Part shown: positions 23,229-34,560 of the stretch, in pieces
Layout of the letters: each line of letters opens with the position of its first letter
Numbering within the stretch: position 1 is the first letter of the stretch
Origin: Octopus bimaculoides
Taxonomy: Eukaryota
Length of the DNA: 39,967 nucleotides
Reading direction: 5' to 3'
Assembly: GCF_001194135.2 (NCBI RefSeq)
Contig: NC_068984.1
Location: 69,565,162-69,605,128, forward strand
The notes under the pieces: model-generated
What the model was told of the DNA's origin: nothing
Seen by the model: only the letters and a program-made list of their open reading frames with translations
Database searches by the model: none
Position numbers and translations under genes: made by a program

Positions 23229-23393
23229 TATACGACAGATTTCTTTCAGCTTCTGTCTACCAAATCCACTCACAAGGGTTTGGTCGGCCTGAAGCTATAG
23301 TAGAAGACACTTGCCCAAGATATGCCACTCAGAGGAACTGAACCCAGAACCACATGGTTTGGAAGCAATCTTCTTACCACACAGTTATGCCTG
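23082..23393 (-). mobile_element. SINE family B, with internal (TA)n and a deletion in the tail
   Basis: Reverse complement of 21159-21490: ctaccaaatccactcacaagg...gctatagtagaagacacttgcccaag...tcttaccacacag. Confidence 0.85.
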
Positions 23394-23409
23394 ATATATA
23401 TATATATAT

Positions 23410-23796
23410 GAGATAGTTGCCAGTGCCCCTGAACTGGCTCTTGTGCGGGTGGCACATAAGATGTACCATCCTGAGCGTGACCATTGCCAGTATCGCCTGA
23501 CTAGCCTTGTAGGGTTTTCGAGCGAGATCGTTGCCAGTGCCCCTGGACTGGCTCTTGTGCGGGTGGCACATAAAAGACACCATTTCGAGTGTGGCCGTTT
23601 TCATGCGGGTGACACGTAAAAGCACCCACTACACTCTCTAGTGGTTGGCGTTAGGAAGGGCATCCAGCTGTAGAAACTCTGCTAAATTAGATTGGAGCCT
23701 GGTGTAGCCATCCGGTTGCACCAGTCCTCGGTCAAATTGTCCAACCCATGCTAGCATGGAAAGCGGACGTTAAACGATGATGATGATGATGATGAT
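23410..23796 (+). mobile_element. Retroposon family F, with partial tandem units and (GAT)n tail, inserted in (TA)n
   Basis: Repeated gttgccagt...actggc...gtgcgggtg(g/a)cac units are followed by the common tail ggcgttaggaagggcatccagctgtagaaactctg...gacgttaaacgatgatgat. Confidence 0.9.
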
Positions 23797-23830
23797 ATAT
23801 ATATATATATATTTATATACATATATTCTT

Positions 23831-24005
23831 AGACTGGGCAATGCATTGAGTTCTTGAGCCAAAAACTTCATTTTACATTGCTCTAGTCCACTGAGCTGGC
23901 AAAAAGGAGTAATCCTGCAATGGACTGGCATTTCATCCAGGTGGAGAATACATATGCTATGGAAACCAGCTCTATGAACCTATGGATTGGGAAGAACCTT
24001 TGCTT
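23831..24005 (+). mobile_element. CORE-like SINE variant with a different tail
   Basis: gttcttgagccaaaaacttcattttacattgctctagtccactgagctggcaaaa is the family D core. It is followed by cctgcaatggactggcatttcatccagg, which is not the family C tail. Confidence 0.6.
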
Positions 24006-24404
24006 TGGCATATATTTAAGAAGGTTGATTTCTGGAACCAGGAAATGTAACAATGACCTTGGAGGGGTTAGAAAATCCAAATGCAAAGAGTTAGAACAAA
24101 TATCACAAAACAGTTTGTCTGATACTTTAATAGTTTTGCCAATGAACCCACTGCTCAGCCTTGACAATAATATTAGTCTTTCATAGTTTCTTCTGGTTTC
24201 TTACTTTAATAATTGAGACTGAGTGATGCTCATCAAGAGGCAGTTTAATTAAATGACAGAAATCATGAAGCATAGTTGTCTTTTTTTTCTCTTATCCTCT
24301 CTGCCTTGATTAAATCGCAATCAAAACTTATTTCAAACTGATACTTAATCGTCCTATCGCCTTCTACTGAACTGATAATATAAGGGGGCTGTAAGCAAGT
24401 CAAC

Positions 24405-24450
<46 letters not shown>

Positions 24451-24469
24451 GTACACACACATATGTATA

Positions 24470-24590
24470 AAGGGATTGTGCACAGTTTCTAACTTGCAAA
24501 ACATTGATAGAAGACATTTACCCAAGGTGCCACGTAGTGGGATTAAATCCTGAACCCTGCAAACTTCTTAATCAAACAGCCATGCCTGTG
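24470..24590 (-). mobile_element. SINE family B, degenerate head
   Basis: gaagacatttacccaaggtgccacgtagtgggatt...aacttcttaatcaaacagccatgcc. Confidence 0.65.
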
Positions 24591-25974
24591 TCTAGTGGAC
24601 AACTATAAATTTTTAAGTTCATTTTGATTTGAGCCAAAATTTTCAGTCTTGCATATATAAGCCATGCATAAATCTAAAGCTTTCTGATTAGTTAAAACAG
24701 GTACCAACACTTCAAATCTTAAAAAAAAAAAATAAAAAAATAAAAAAAACTCAACAAGCCCTCTGCTGCTGTTGGTGTTGTTGTTATTGTTGCTTGGCTC
24801 ATTAGTTGGGTCTTGATTCATTGGTATGAAATTTAGGCAGTGTGCTGTCCCATATTAAACTTCTCTGTGAACAGTGTTTGATAAATATTTATTTATATGC
24901 ATGTAGATCACCATATTTACATAATTATACAGATGTTTTCCAGAGCTGTATTGCAGCTTGCCAGAAGTAGATGGAATGCATAATTCAATTAACAATGGAT
25001 AAGAATGGCTTCATGTGAGAGGCAGGCAGGAGAATGTTCAGTTCTTTAGAATAAATGATTCCTTTAACCCAGGGTCAAGTGGTAGCCAAGATACCGTTCT
25101 TCTTGCAGACTTGTTGTATGTGTCACCTATAAACACCTTTGCTTTGTGTCATCTATGAACACCATGCTTTTGATTGTGTAACTCCACTTTAAGTGGGAAC
25201 ATGTGGAACTTTCAGTCATATGGGGTGCTATTGCAGCAGTATAGCTATTTATTATTCAAGACAGCAACTGGATTTGGTGTGGCCTGATGCTGGCTGCTAA
25301 ATCCACATGGTTTCAAATCTAGGCCTCCCTACAATATTATTTTCACCAAATACTTCTGATGTGTCACCCAAAGTATAATTTGATTAGTTCCACAACTCAG
25401 TACAAATTCACACATTTTCTTTTTCTATTTTTACAATCTTAGTCTAGATTACATTATCTTATGTATGACTATCACTTTCTATAGCTTCCATTCTTCATTC
25501 TAAATCGAGTAAAAGTAACTATTTCATAATATTTGTAATCATATACTTATTTTTCTCTCGTGAAAACTGCCACATCAAATGGAACCAAACCATAAGTTAC
25601 AAAAATGATATTACCATTTGGGGAGGAAAAAAAAAGTTATGTTATAGTAATTGATTTTTGCAAATATATTACAATTTTACTGGCTAGACATCAGAAGAAA
25701 TAAATCCTGCTTTATCTGCTGAGATTTCTTAAGATGATAATAAAAGGTGAAATATGAATAAAGCATTGAGGAATATTAATAACAATTTCATTTTCAGTGC
25801 TTAATGTCAAATGAAAAGGATTTCTATTCTTAGTTGAAGAAGAAATTTCCATTTCATATGTCATAAGGGTAAAACCATTATAGATATATTAACTATAATT
25901 CTTTCAAAATAATTTTTTTTCACATAATATCAGTGAATAATAAAATAGAAATTAAGTTTTTTGTTTATTTTTCT

Positions 25975-25975
25975 T

Positions 25976-26023
<48 letters not shown>

Positions 26024-26249
26024 CATACACAAACATATATGTATGTATAAATGTATAAAAAGGTATGTATGGGTGTACCTGCATATATATATGGATATGA
26101 ATATATATGTGTTTGTGTGTGTGAGTGTGTGTATATATATATGTGTGCATATACATACATACATACACACACACTCATGCATATATGTACATATACATAC
26201 ATGAATACAGGCACACACAAACATATATATATGTATGTGTGTATATATA

Positions 26250-26329
<80 letters not shown>

Positions 26330-26510
26330 TGCGTATATACATGTATGCATGTATTTATATGTGTTTGTGTGTATGTATTTATGCATGTATATACACAGAC
26401 ACACATGTACATGCATATATATTTATATGTATACATAACTACGCATACATAAATTTATATGAACACATACATGCATCCATGCATACATACATATATACAT
26501 ATACATACAT
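25975..26510. repeat. ~540-bp degenerate (TA)/(CA)/(TG)/(TACA) low-complexity tract
   Basis: Directly visible; source of many Y/I/H/T/V/C-rich spurious ORFs. Confidence 0.95.
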
Positions 26511-27242
26511 TTAAGTTTTTTTTTTTTTTATTGGACAGTTACAAAGTTATCTAAGATCAGTGAACTTATTTATAGCTGAAATGTGAATATGAATGTGTTG
26601 GTAAAATAAGATATATTTATTAATCTCTGTTGAGTAGATTATTTTTCATCTTTTATATTTCGGGGGGATGAACAAATGAAAAGGAACTATTTCCCCTGGA
26701 TTCAAAACAACAACATATTTTTCACACTGGAAATGTCTTTTACAAACTTCCTATCTCTTCTCTCTGAATTGGGTTGCTATTATCAAGCACACAAACATGC
26801 ATACACATACACACACACAGTCACACACATGCATCTGCATATACATACACATATACATATTTATCTGTGTGTCTTTGTACATGTGTTAGTGTGTGTATAT
26901 ATTCATATGTGTGTGTGTTTATCCTCAGGAAGCACTTCTGTGAATACCGGCTATCAATTTTATATCCATTGTTGGTTTATATTTAAGAAGAAAATTATCC
27001 ATATGAGTTGAAATGATAATACCATAAAATCTAGTTTTCCATTTAATATATATATATATATATATATATTTAAAGAGAAAGTGAGAGACAGAAAGAGAGA
27101 GATATAGAAAAAAAGGTAAGTCAAGTGAGAGAATGAAAGCTTATTCTGTTTGTTTACAGTTGTTTCATAATCTTCTAAATTACATGACAGATATTACTTC
27201 AAAATTATCAAGCATATAAAGAGTACATATAAATATATAGGA

Positions 27243-27420
27243 AGGTGTTAGGAAGGGCATCCAACCATAGAAACCATGCCAAAACAGATAGGGAGGCTGA
27301 ACAGCCCTTCAGCTGGTCAGCTCCTGTCAAACCATCCAGCCCATACCAGCTTAGAAAACTGACGTTAAATGATTGTGATGATAATGGTGACGCCGCCGAT
27401 GATGATGATGATGATGATAT
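27243..27420 (+). mobile_element. Retroposon family F, diverged 3' tail
   Basis: gttaggaagggcatccaaccatagaaaccatgccaaaacaga...gacgttaaatgat, followed by (GAT)n. Confidence 0.75.
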
Positions 27421-27451
27421 AAATAAACATATGTGTGTGAATTCCCATATA

Positions 27452-27682
27452 CAGGGTTGGCCAAAAGTCATCTGACAGTGAATCAAAACCATTTAATTCC
27501 AAGATTTATTTATGTTTAACAACTGATTGATTTTAATAAAAGCATCTAAATATGAAAGATAAAGAAAATTGTTCAAACTGAAGTCCTTCTTGAGCGACAC
27601 TTTTTCATTCGATTCAATATAGAATTATAGATAGTATTTATGGAATTTTACTCTACTATCGGGTGACTTTTGGCCAAGCGTG
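27452..27682. mobile_element. Tc1/mariner-type MITE (231 bp)
   Basis: TIRs cagggttggccaaaagtcatctgacagt and (reverse complement) cacgcttggccaaaagtcacccgatagt. TA flanks both ends (27450-27451, 27683-27684). Confidence 0.85.
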
Positions 27683-27771
27683 TATACAAGGGTGGTGAAA
27701 AAGAGAACTAACAAACTAATCGTCAGAATATAGAGTATCCATTTATATAATTATAAGGTCAAAGTAAGCTG

Positions 27772-27827
<56 letters not shown>

Positions 27828-27877
27828 TATATATGCATGGGTAATAGACATATTCAGCATTTATTATTTACTTTAAG

Positions 27878-28349
27878 TCCTAAATACATCCAGTTTCTGA
27901 AGGACAATTTGATACCAGACTTGGATGAAGGTGAAATTTTGCAGCATGACAGAGCACCATGCCACAGATCACATGCAACACAGCAGAGTCTGGCTGATGA
28001 AGGTGTTACCGTATTGAAATATTGGCCAGCTCAGAGCTCTGACTTAAATATCACTGAGCAAATTTGGACAGATCTAAAAATAAAAGTTCTTGAAGAGTTG
28101 TGGGAGCTCAGCCATGGAGAATGGCATCTCACGCCTGTGGAGATTGTGAAGGATTTGTATGCATCCCTTTTCAGGTGCACTGAAGCAATTATTCAAGATA
28201 TGGCAAGCCACATGAAATATTTACAATGCACAGTAACTTCTTGAAATTAATATTATGTAATAAATTTTCATTATAGACATTTTTCTGTTTTAAAACACTG
28301 TATCATGATTGGGTGATGTGAGGTGGCCAGAAACTTTTGCACAGCCATT
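27878..28349 (+). mobile_element. Tc1-like DNA transposon remnant: C-terminal DDE domain plus probable right TIR
   Basis: ILQHDRAPCH...WPAQSSDLNITEQIW...LYASLFRCTEAII matches Tc1 FQQDNAPxH / WPxQSPDLNPIExxW. The end gtggccagaaacttttgcacagc (28323-28345) resembles a Tc1 TIR. Confidence 0.92.
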
Positions 28350-28654
28350 TTTGTTGGTTGTCTTGCATTTTCCCCTCTCATTCAGAACCCCTACTACAAA
28401 GTATAATGATTAGGTATGGAAATGACTCCAACAGGGATAATGTTCCATCTGTAAAAAACGCAATGTGAAACAAGCTCTTACAAGTTGGCAATTAGTAGAA
28501 ATTTACAATAGTTTAAAGTGGCTGAAGACTTTAGCACAGTACTGTATATATATTTGTTGCATTTACATATTTATTTTACTTTTACTTTTATTGATTTGTT
28601 CATTTATTTATTTGTTTAATTATTTATTGTATTTTATTTTAAAAATAGATACAC

Positions 28655-28894
28655 ATAAAATACACCATTTTGAGCGTGGCCGTTGCCAGTACCGCCTGAC
28701 TGGCCTTCATGCGGGTGACACGTAAAAGCACCCACTACACTCTCTGAGTGGTTGGCGTTAGGAAGGGCATCCAGCTGTAGAAACTCTGCCAAATCAGATT
28801 GGAGCCTGGTGTTGCCATCCGGTTTCACCAGTCCTCAGTCAAATCGTCCAACACATGCTAGCATGGAAAGTGGACGTTAAATGATGATGATGAT
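28655..28894 (+). mobile_element. Retroposon family F, 5'-truncated within the last repeat unit
   Basis: One hairpin/pseudoknot unit, then the tail and (GAT)n. Candidate TSD gatacac at 28648-28654 and 28895-28901, partly overlapping the tail repeat. Confidence 0.9.
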
Positions 28895-29142
28895 GATACA
28901 CTGTATTCCTACGTATCATAATGGTGTCTAGATGATTTGGTGGCATGAAGTGTATCTGTTCATGAAACTCTGCATCAGGAAACCCATTCCACATATGCCA
29001 GCATGGGGAAGCCTATTTAATAGAAGGAAAACAAGGAAAATGAAGTAAGGAGGATGAAAATGGGATGAGGAGTGTAAGAGAATATTGATGGTGATAATGA
29101 TGATGTTAATGGAGTTTCAATAATTTTTTTTAGTATTATCAT

Positions 29143-29460
29143 TTACTCTGCTACCTTTCCATTCATTTAAGCATGTTCCTGGAGCAGATAATGACTGATG
29201 CGCTCAAAGATAATTTTAGCATAGCAGCATCAAAAGAGAGAAGCACCAAAACTTTAAAATTTGTTGACATTGATGGACTGGCAAGAAGAGAAGATGAAAT
29301 GATTGAATTAGTCAAGCACCTCAAAAGAGCTTCCATCAAGTTCAGGAAAAGAATCACTGAAAAATACAAAGCTATGACAAATGCCACCTCAGCCGATATC
29401 TTTGTACAAGGACAGAAACTTCAGTAGTTCAAATACCTGGAAGAAATAACTGGAGACATA
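29143..29460 (+). mobile_element. RTE-clade RT fragment (catalytic DD region) from a second, more diverged family
   Basis: MFLEQIMTDALKD...LKFVD-IDGLARREDEMIELVKHLKRAS...VQGQKLQ*FKYL aligns from memory with RTE FLERIMTDALED...LRFADDIDGLAGxEEEL...VNGQKLE...FKYLG. One catalytic D is lost. Confidence 0.85.
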
Positions 29461-29653
29461 ATTAAGGATACACCTGAATCCTCAAACAAGGAAGTAGAGG
29501 TTACTATAATACAATCTATAGGTCCCATACATAGTATTTCTAAACAGATGCTAGTAATTGCTTAGATTACATTGTGTAACAAAATTTCTTTTTTTTTTTT
29601 TTCTTTGGTCTGTAAGTGTCATTTGCTATATGTTTCTGCTCAGAAATAAAAGG

Positions 29654-29917
29654 AAATGGCTATTATTCCTTTCAAACTTTGCTTTTGTGACCTGGACATC
29701 AATGCTTTGGAACTGACCAATTTTCCATTACCTTTCAGACAGATTTGGTGTAGAGTTATAGCAAATATTCTGCTCAATACCACAGATTTGCTTCTCAGTT
29801 AACCATTTGGGCATGTCCTTTAGTGGCTGACAATATGTATATCTCTGATCATCATCAGGCGTATTGCAGAGCATCATAGCCATGTGTTGAGAGGAATGGA
29901 TTCCTTGGGGTTTGAAT
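29654..29917 (+). mobile_element. Unclassified interspersed repeat, same family as 301-606
   Basis: gcaaatattctgctcaataccacagatttgc...atctctgatca...gagcatcatagccatgtgttgagaggaat. Confidence 0.7.
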
Positions 29918-30407
29918 CAATGTAACAAGCAAAGTTTGAAGGAAATATTAGGCGCTTTTGATACTTTCTAGGGATAGGTAAATGAGAAATAACAGTTGCT
30001 ACCCAAGGAGAAAAATCGTGTTACATAGTGTTATAACAAAGTGAAATGACAAAATTCCATCTCAATAATTTTGAGTTAGTTGCATGTATGAGTATGTGAG
30101 AGGATGTATGCATGTGTGCATGTAGTAAAATGTGGAGGTGTTTAATAATTTATTGTTTTTCTAAAAATCTAATATCGCGTTGAAAGCCTATTAACAATGG
30201 CAGTGTTGCTGCATACAAATCTTTAATGTCCCACTCATTGCTTCACTGAATCTCTGATGAGAAGAGACACAAAGGATTGTCTGCACAACTTGATGCGGAA
30301 CATATAACAAACAAGTGTTTTTTTCACAATATGGCCTATGTGTTGTTCTTTTTCCCCAGCTATCTTACTAATATTTACATATTTCGACTTGATAAATATA
30401 CACCAGA

Positions 30408-30764
30408 NNNNNNNNNNNNNNNNNNNNNNNNNNNNNNNNNNNNNNNNNNNNNNNNNNNNNNNNNNNNNNNNNNNNNNNNNNNNNNNNNNNNNNNNNNNNN
30501 NNNNNNNNNNNNNNNNNNNNNNNNNNNNNNNNNNNNNNNNNNNNNNNNNNNNNNNNNNNNNNNNNNNNNNNNNNNNNNNNNNNNNNNNNNNNNNNNNNNN
30601 NNNNNNNNNNNNNNNNNNNNNNNNNNNNNNNNNNNNNNNNNNNNNNNNNNNNNNNNNNNNNNNNNNNNNNNNNNNNNNNNNNNNNNNNNNNNNNNNNNNN
30701 NNNNNNNNNNNNNNNNNNNNNNNNNNNNNNNNNNNNNNNNNNNNNNNNNNNNNNNNNNNNNNNN
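30408..30764. other. Assembly gap (N run) directly upstream of the tandem array
   Basis: Run of N; it may hide further ~62-bp units. Confidence 1.
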
Positions 30765-31219
30765 ATGTGCGGGCGACACATGAAATCTTTCGAGCGGGAT
30801 TGTTGCCGGTGCCCCTGGGCTGGCTCTTGTGCGGATGACACATGAGGGTTTTCGAGCGAGATCGTTGCCAGTGCCCCTGGACTGGCTCTTGTGCGGGTGA
30901 CACATGAAATTTCTTCAAGCGAGATCGTTGCCGGTGCCCCTGGACTGGCTCTTGTGCGGGTGACAGATGAGGTTTCTTGAGCGAGATGAGCGTGGCCGTT
31001 GCCAGTACCACCTGACTGGCCTTCGTGCGGGTGACACGTAAAAGCACCCACTACACTCTCTGAGTGGTTGGCGTTAGGAAGGGCATCCAGCTGTAGAAAC
31101 TCTGCCAAATCAGATTGGAGCCTGGTGTAGCCATCTGTTTTCACCAGTCCTCAGTCAAATCGTCCAACCCATGCTAGCATGGAAAGCAGATGTTAAACGA
31201 CGACGACGACGACGACGAT
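30765..31219 (+). mobile_element. Retroposon family F with a tandem array of ~62-bp units and a (GAC)n tail
   Basis: The tgtgcgg/cgtgcgg motif recurs at 30766, 30828, 30890, 30953 and 31024. The common F tail follows and ends aaacgacgacgac. Confidence 0.92.
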
Positions 31220-31375
31220 ACATATATACACACATATATACACACATATGTACATATATATATATATATATATATACAAGCATACATATACTTACATACA
31301 CATATACATATATATATATATACACATATATATATACACACATATATATATACATACACACATATATACATACAT

Positions 31376-31406
<31 letters not shown>

Positions 31407-32864
31407 TACTTATATATATATATATATATAGATATAGATATATATACATTTATAGTTCATATATCAGTTTAATGCTCAGAGAAATAGAGATGTCTTTAAT
31501 GTTTCAGACATAAGCCCTTCATAGGATGAAGTGAATGAGATAAAAGGAGAGAAAAAGATAAACAGAAGGACAATGTGGATGGGGTAAGAGAAGGTTGTAA
31601 AAAAAAAATAGCAAAAACATGTGTAGATCACTTAGGTGCCATTTTGTTATGTGCGTGTGTATGTGTGTGTGAGATTGTGTTTGTTTGTGTGCATGTGTGC
31701 ATATAATTTGGTAGTTTGCTGTTAATAAATAATCCATTCAATTTAGGGATTCAAAGCCAAGTGGAATAAGAGCTCTCTTACTTTAAAACAGTTAAGAAGT
31801 TAATGCTTAAAAGGGCTTCACCTGTAAACAATGCCTCAGATAACACATTTATGCAACACACGTGAGCATGAACAAATGAACATAAATATGAACAAACACT
31901 GGCACAATCACACAACATAAACCTGGAATGAATGCCACTATAGATTATATCAGGTGTGATATCAATTCTGCCAGTCTTTAACTTGAATGCAGGTGATAAA
32001 GGGCTATGCTAATTAGTGTTTAACATTAACACAGATACAATATCTCGCATTTGAAGCAGAGATATAATCAAATATATTGGCTCCGTAATTTATCTGGTAC
32101 TTTCTTTTATGAATCCCAAAAGGATGAATAGCACTGTTGATATTGTTGAGATGTGAATTCTGTATGTAAAGGACTACAGTAATTAGTATTTTGTTAGCTT
32201 AGAAAGCTGACATACCAGGACAATTCAAAAAGAAAGCCACTCTAAAGTTCTGTGTCTTGATCACATCTGCAAATGCTTCAGGTGGTATCTGGCATTGTAA
32301 TTGATGCTCTGATTCACAATATAAAATGATCATTAGAAATGGAATAGAAACTTATAATGTTCAAAACAATATATTTACCACTGAGGGTATCACAATGCCA
32401 GAAGCTGAGTGAAGCATTTAAGGACTAAACTTGAAAAGTATAATGTCAGAATGGTTTACCTTATCAATCTTCTAGCCCTGTAAAAGAAGAAATATCTTGT
32501 AGTATTTTTATGGCCCTTTACATTTTGCAGACAAGTCCAGCCAAGGTCGCTATCATCATTTCATGGTCATCAATAAAATAAAGTATCACTCCTATAAAGC
32601 AGCTTTGATGTGTATGGAATTAATATAATTCTAAACCTAAAACTAAAGCTAAATTCTATATCAAATAACTGTGTTATCCTAAATTAGATCTTCAAATTCA
32701 TTGGTTCACTACAGTTTTCAATAGAAAGAATAGAAAGAATTGAAAGTAAATGACTTACTGGGTTTAAGCCATTGATATTGGTGTCACCCAAGCTTATTTA
32801 AGCAGAGACTGCAGCTGGGAATCTTAAACAAAACGTATAATACTTATTAATAGTTATCACCAAG

Positions 32865-33075
32865 CTAACATGGCAGTCCAGGAAAATAGGGTGAATGCTA
32901 CCGTTGATTAGCTCCAAGAGGCTATCGCCTCTAGCTAGCTATGTGACACATTGAACCTGTGTCCATTATAACCTTCGAACAGGGGAGGTCAGCTGCTTCC
33001 TCTTGCTGGTCAGGCATCTACAGACTAGTCTTGAGGTATTTGCCCCTTATCAATGAAGAGCAGCCAAACCCAGAG
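32865..33075. mobile_element. GC-richer, hairpin-forming island; probable unclassified repeat fragment
   Basis: Sharp compositional contrast with the flanks and three adjacent stem-loops. Single copy in this window. Confidence 0.4.
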
Positions 33076-33254
33076 TGATTTGTAATACTATTTGTATTTT
33101 AAGAGTAGAATAAGGTATAAATCCCAACAACCAAAGTTTTCTTGTGAGAAGCAGTAACTTCAGGTATCATATTATCTTTGAAAGACGTTGCTTCCAATGC
33201 AAGTCATGAGAGGAAGAAAACTAAGTACATTAGTTTGATGGATTGCAAGACTGG

Positions 33255-33440
33255 TTGAGAAATGGACAAAACGCCCTAATGGTATTTAGTTGTGTCCTTT
33301 AATTTTATGAGTTCAAATCTCACTGGGGGTTGAATTTGCCTTTCAACCTTCTGGTGTTGATAATGGAAATATTAGTCAGATAAGTACTGGATCAGTTTAA
33401 TTGACTCTACCCTCAGCTAAATTTAGTAGCCTTCTACTGA
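33255..33440 (+). mobile_element. SINE family A, strongly diverged
   Basis: tgagttcaaatctc...ttgaatttgcctttcaaccttctggtgttgataa. Confidence 0.6.
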
Positions 33441-34099
33441 AATCATTAAACTGGTCTCTGATGATGATTTATATTGTACTATGCAACAATATCAATAACT
33501 TTACACTTAGAGAGAAAGAACGACAACACATGCAGCCCTGTGTCAATAAAACAGGTGTGCATATATGTTTAACAGCATGTTTCTGCACACACATCACACA
33601 CACATACATACACATTGAAATGGGAGCAGAAGTATAAACATTAGTCTTCAACACAAAGGAACATTCCACAAAAGCAATAAATTTCACACCTCATATTTTT
33701 TCCTTGCTTTCATTACAAAACAAAAATAAAGAATGAATCTAAGATATAAATAAAACAAATATTAAATAAATACATTAAAAACAAATTATCACAACTTTTA
33801 CTATTGAAAGATTCCAACTGGTTCTTCGTATATTGATTTATATTGTATTTCTTTTCTATGCTAGATTACTTCAGCACACCAGCTTAGCTCAAAGATACAC
33901 ATCAAATTGCATGCTACCACATCTAGTTTTCATTACTTAGTATTTAATGGATATCCTAAAGTGACTTAAGTATGTGTTTAAACTTTCTCTGAAGCTTCTG
34001 TTTGTAATAAACACCTTTTAAACTAAAACTTGCTACAGTGGTTTATCTAAATAGACATAGCACATTAGTTATCATTTATGATCCAACAGTAGATGTTTC

Positions 34100-34560
34100 T
34101 CATATAAGCGAACTTGTTCACTGATCTTCATTTGAAGTCAAAATATTTCGTGTTATCAGTATTATTTCTTATATGATCTAAGTTCAATTTTACTTTTCAT
34201 CTTTTGAGGGTTGATAAAACAAGCACCAGTTTCGCACTGGGATCAATATAGTCACATATATTATCCCTAACAAATATGTGCTTCGGGCTGACATTAGAAA
34301 ACATTATTATCTCAAATTATGAGGGTGGTTGATTAGCAGAATTATTGGAGCTTTGGACAACATGCTTTGTGATATTTCTTCTATCTCAATATGTTCTTTG
34401 TTCAATTCCTGCCAAACTTAATTTTACCTTTCATCCTTTCAGTGTTGATAAAATAAAGTATCAATTAGGTAGAGGGGGGGGGAGATTCAAGGGTATTGAC
34501 TAACCCTCTGCCTTCATTTTGCTAACCTTGAATCTTATTTAGAAATCATTATTATTTCGT
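34100..34560 (+). mobile_element. Two adjacent strongly diverged family A SINE copies
   Basis: The central motif ttttcatcttttgagggttgataaaacaagcaccag (~34193) and cctttcatcctttcagtgttgataaaataaagta (~34427) recurs. Confidence 0.6.

Noticed and set aside
23374-23625. ORFs such as MLLRVTRMKT... and MKPDGNTRLQS... (28634-28828)
   Set aside because: They are antisense translations of the family F repeat and recur wherever that repeat occurs.
24960-25400. GC-richer stretch with FIDDT and RYLGY words on the minus strand
   Set aside because: The spacing between the two motifs is far too short for an RT domain, and all frames contain multiple stops.
30765-31050. CRISPR-like appearance of the regularly spaced palindromic units
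   Set aside because: The sequence between hairpins is itself repeated rather than unique spacers, there are no cas genes, the context is eukaryotic, and the array is attached to a retroposon tail.
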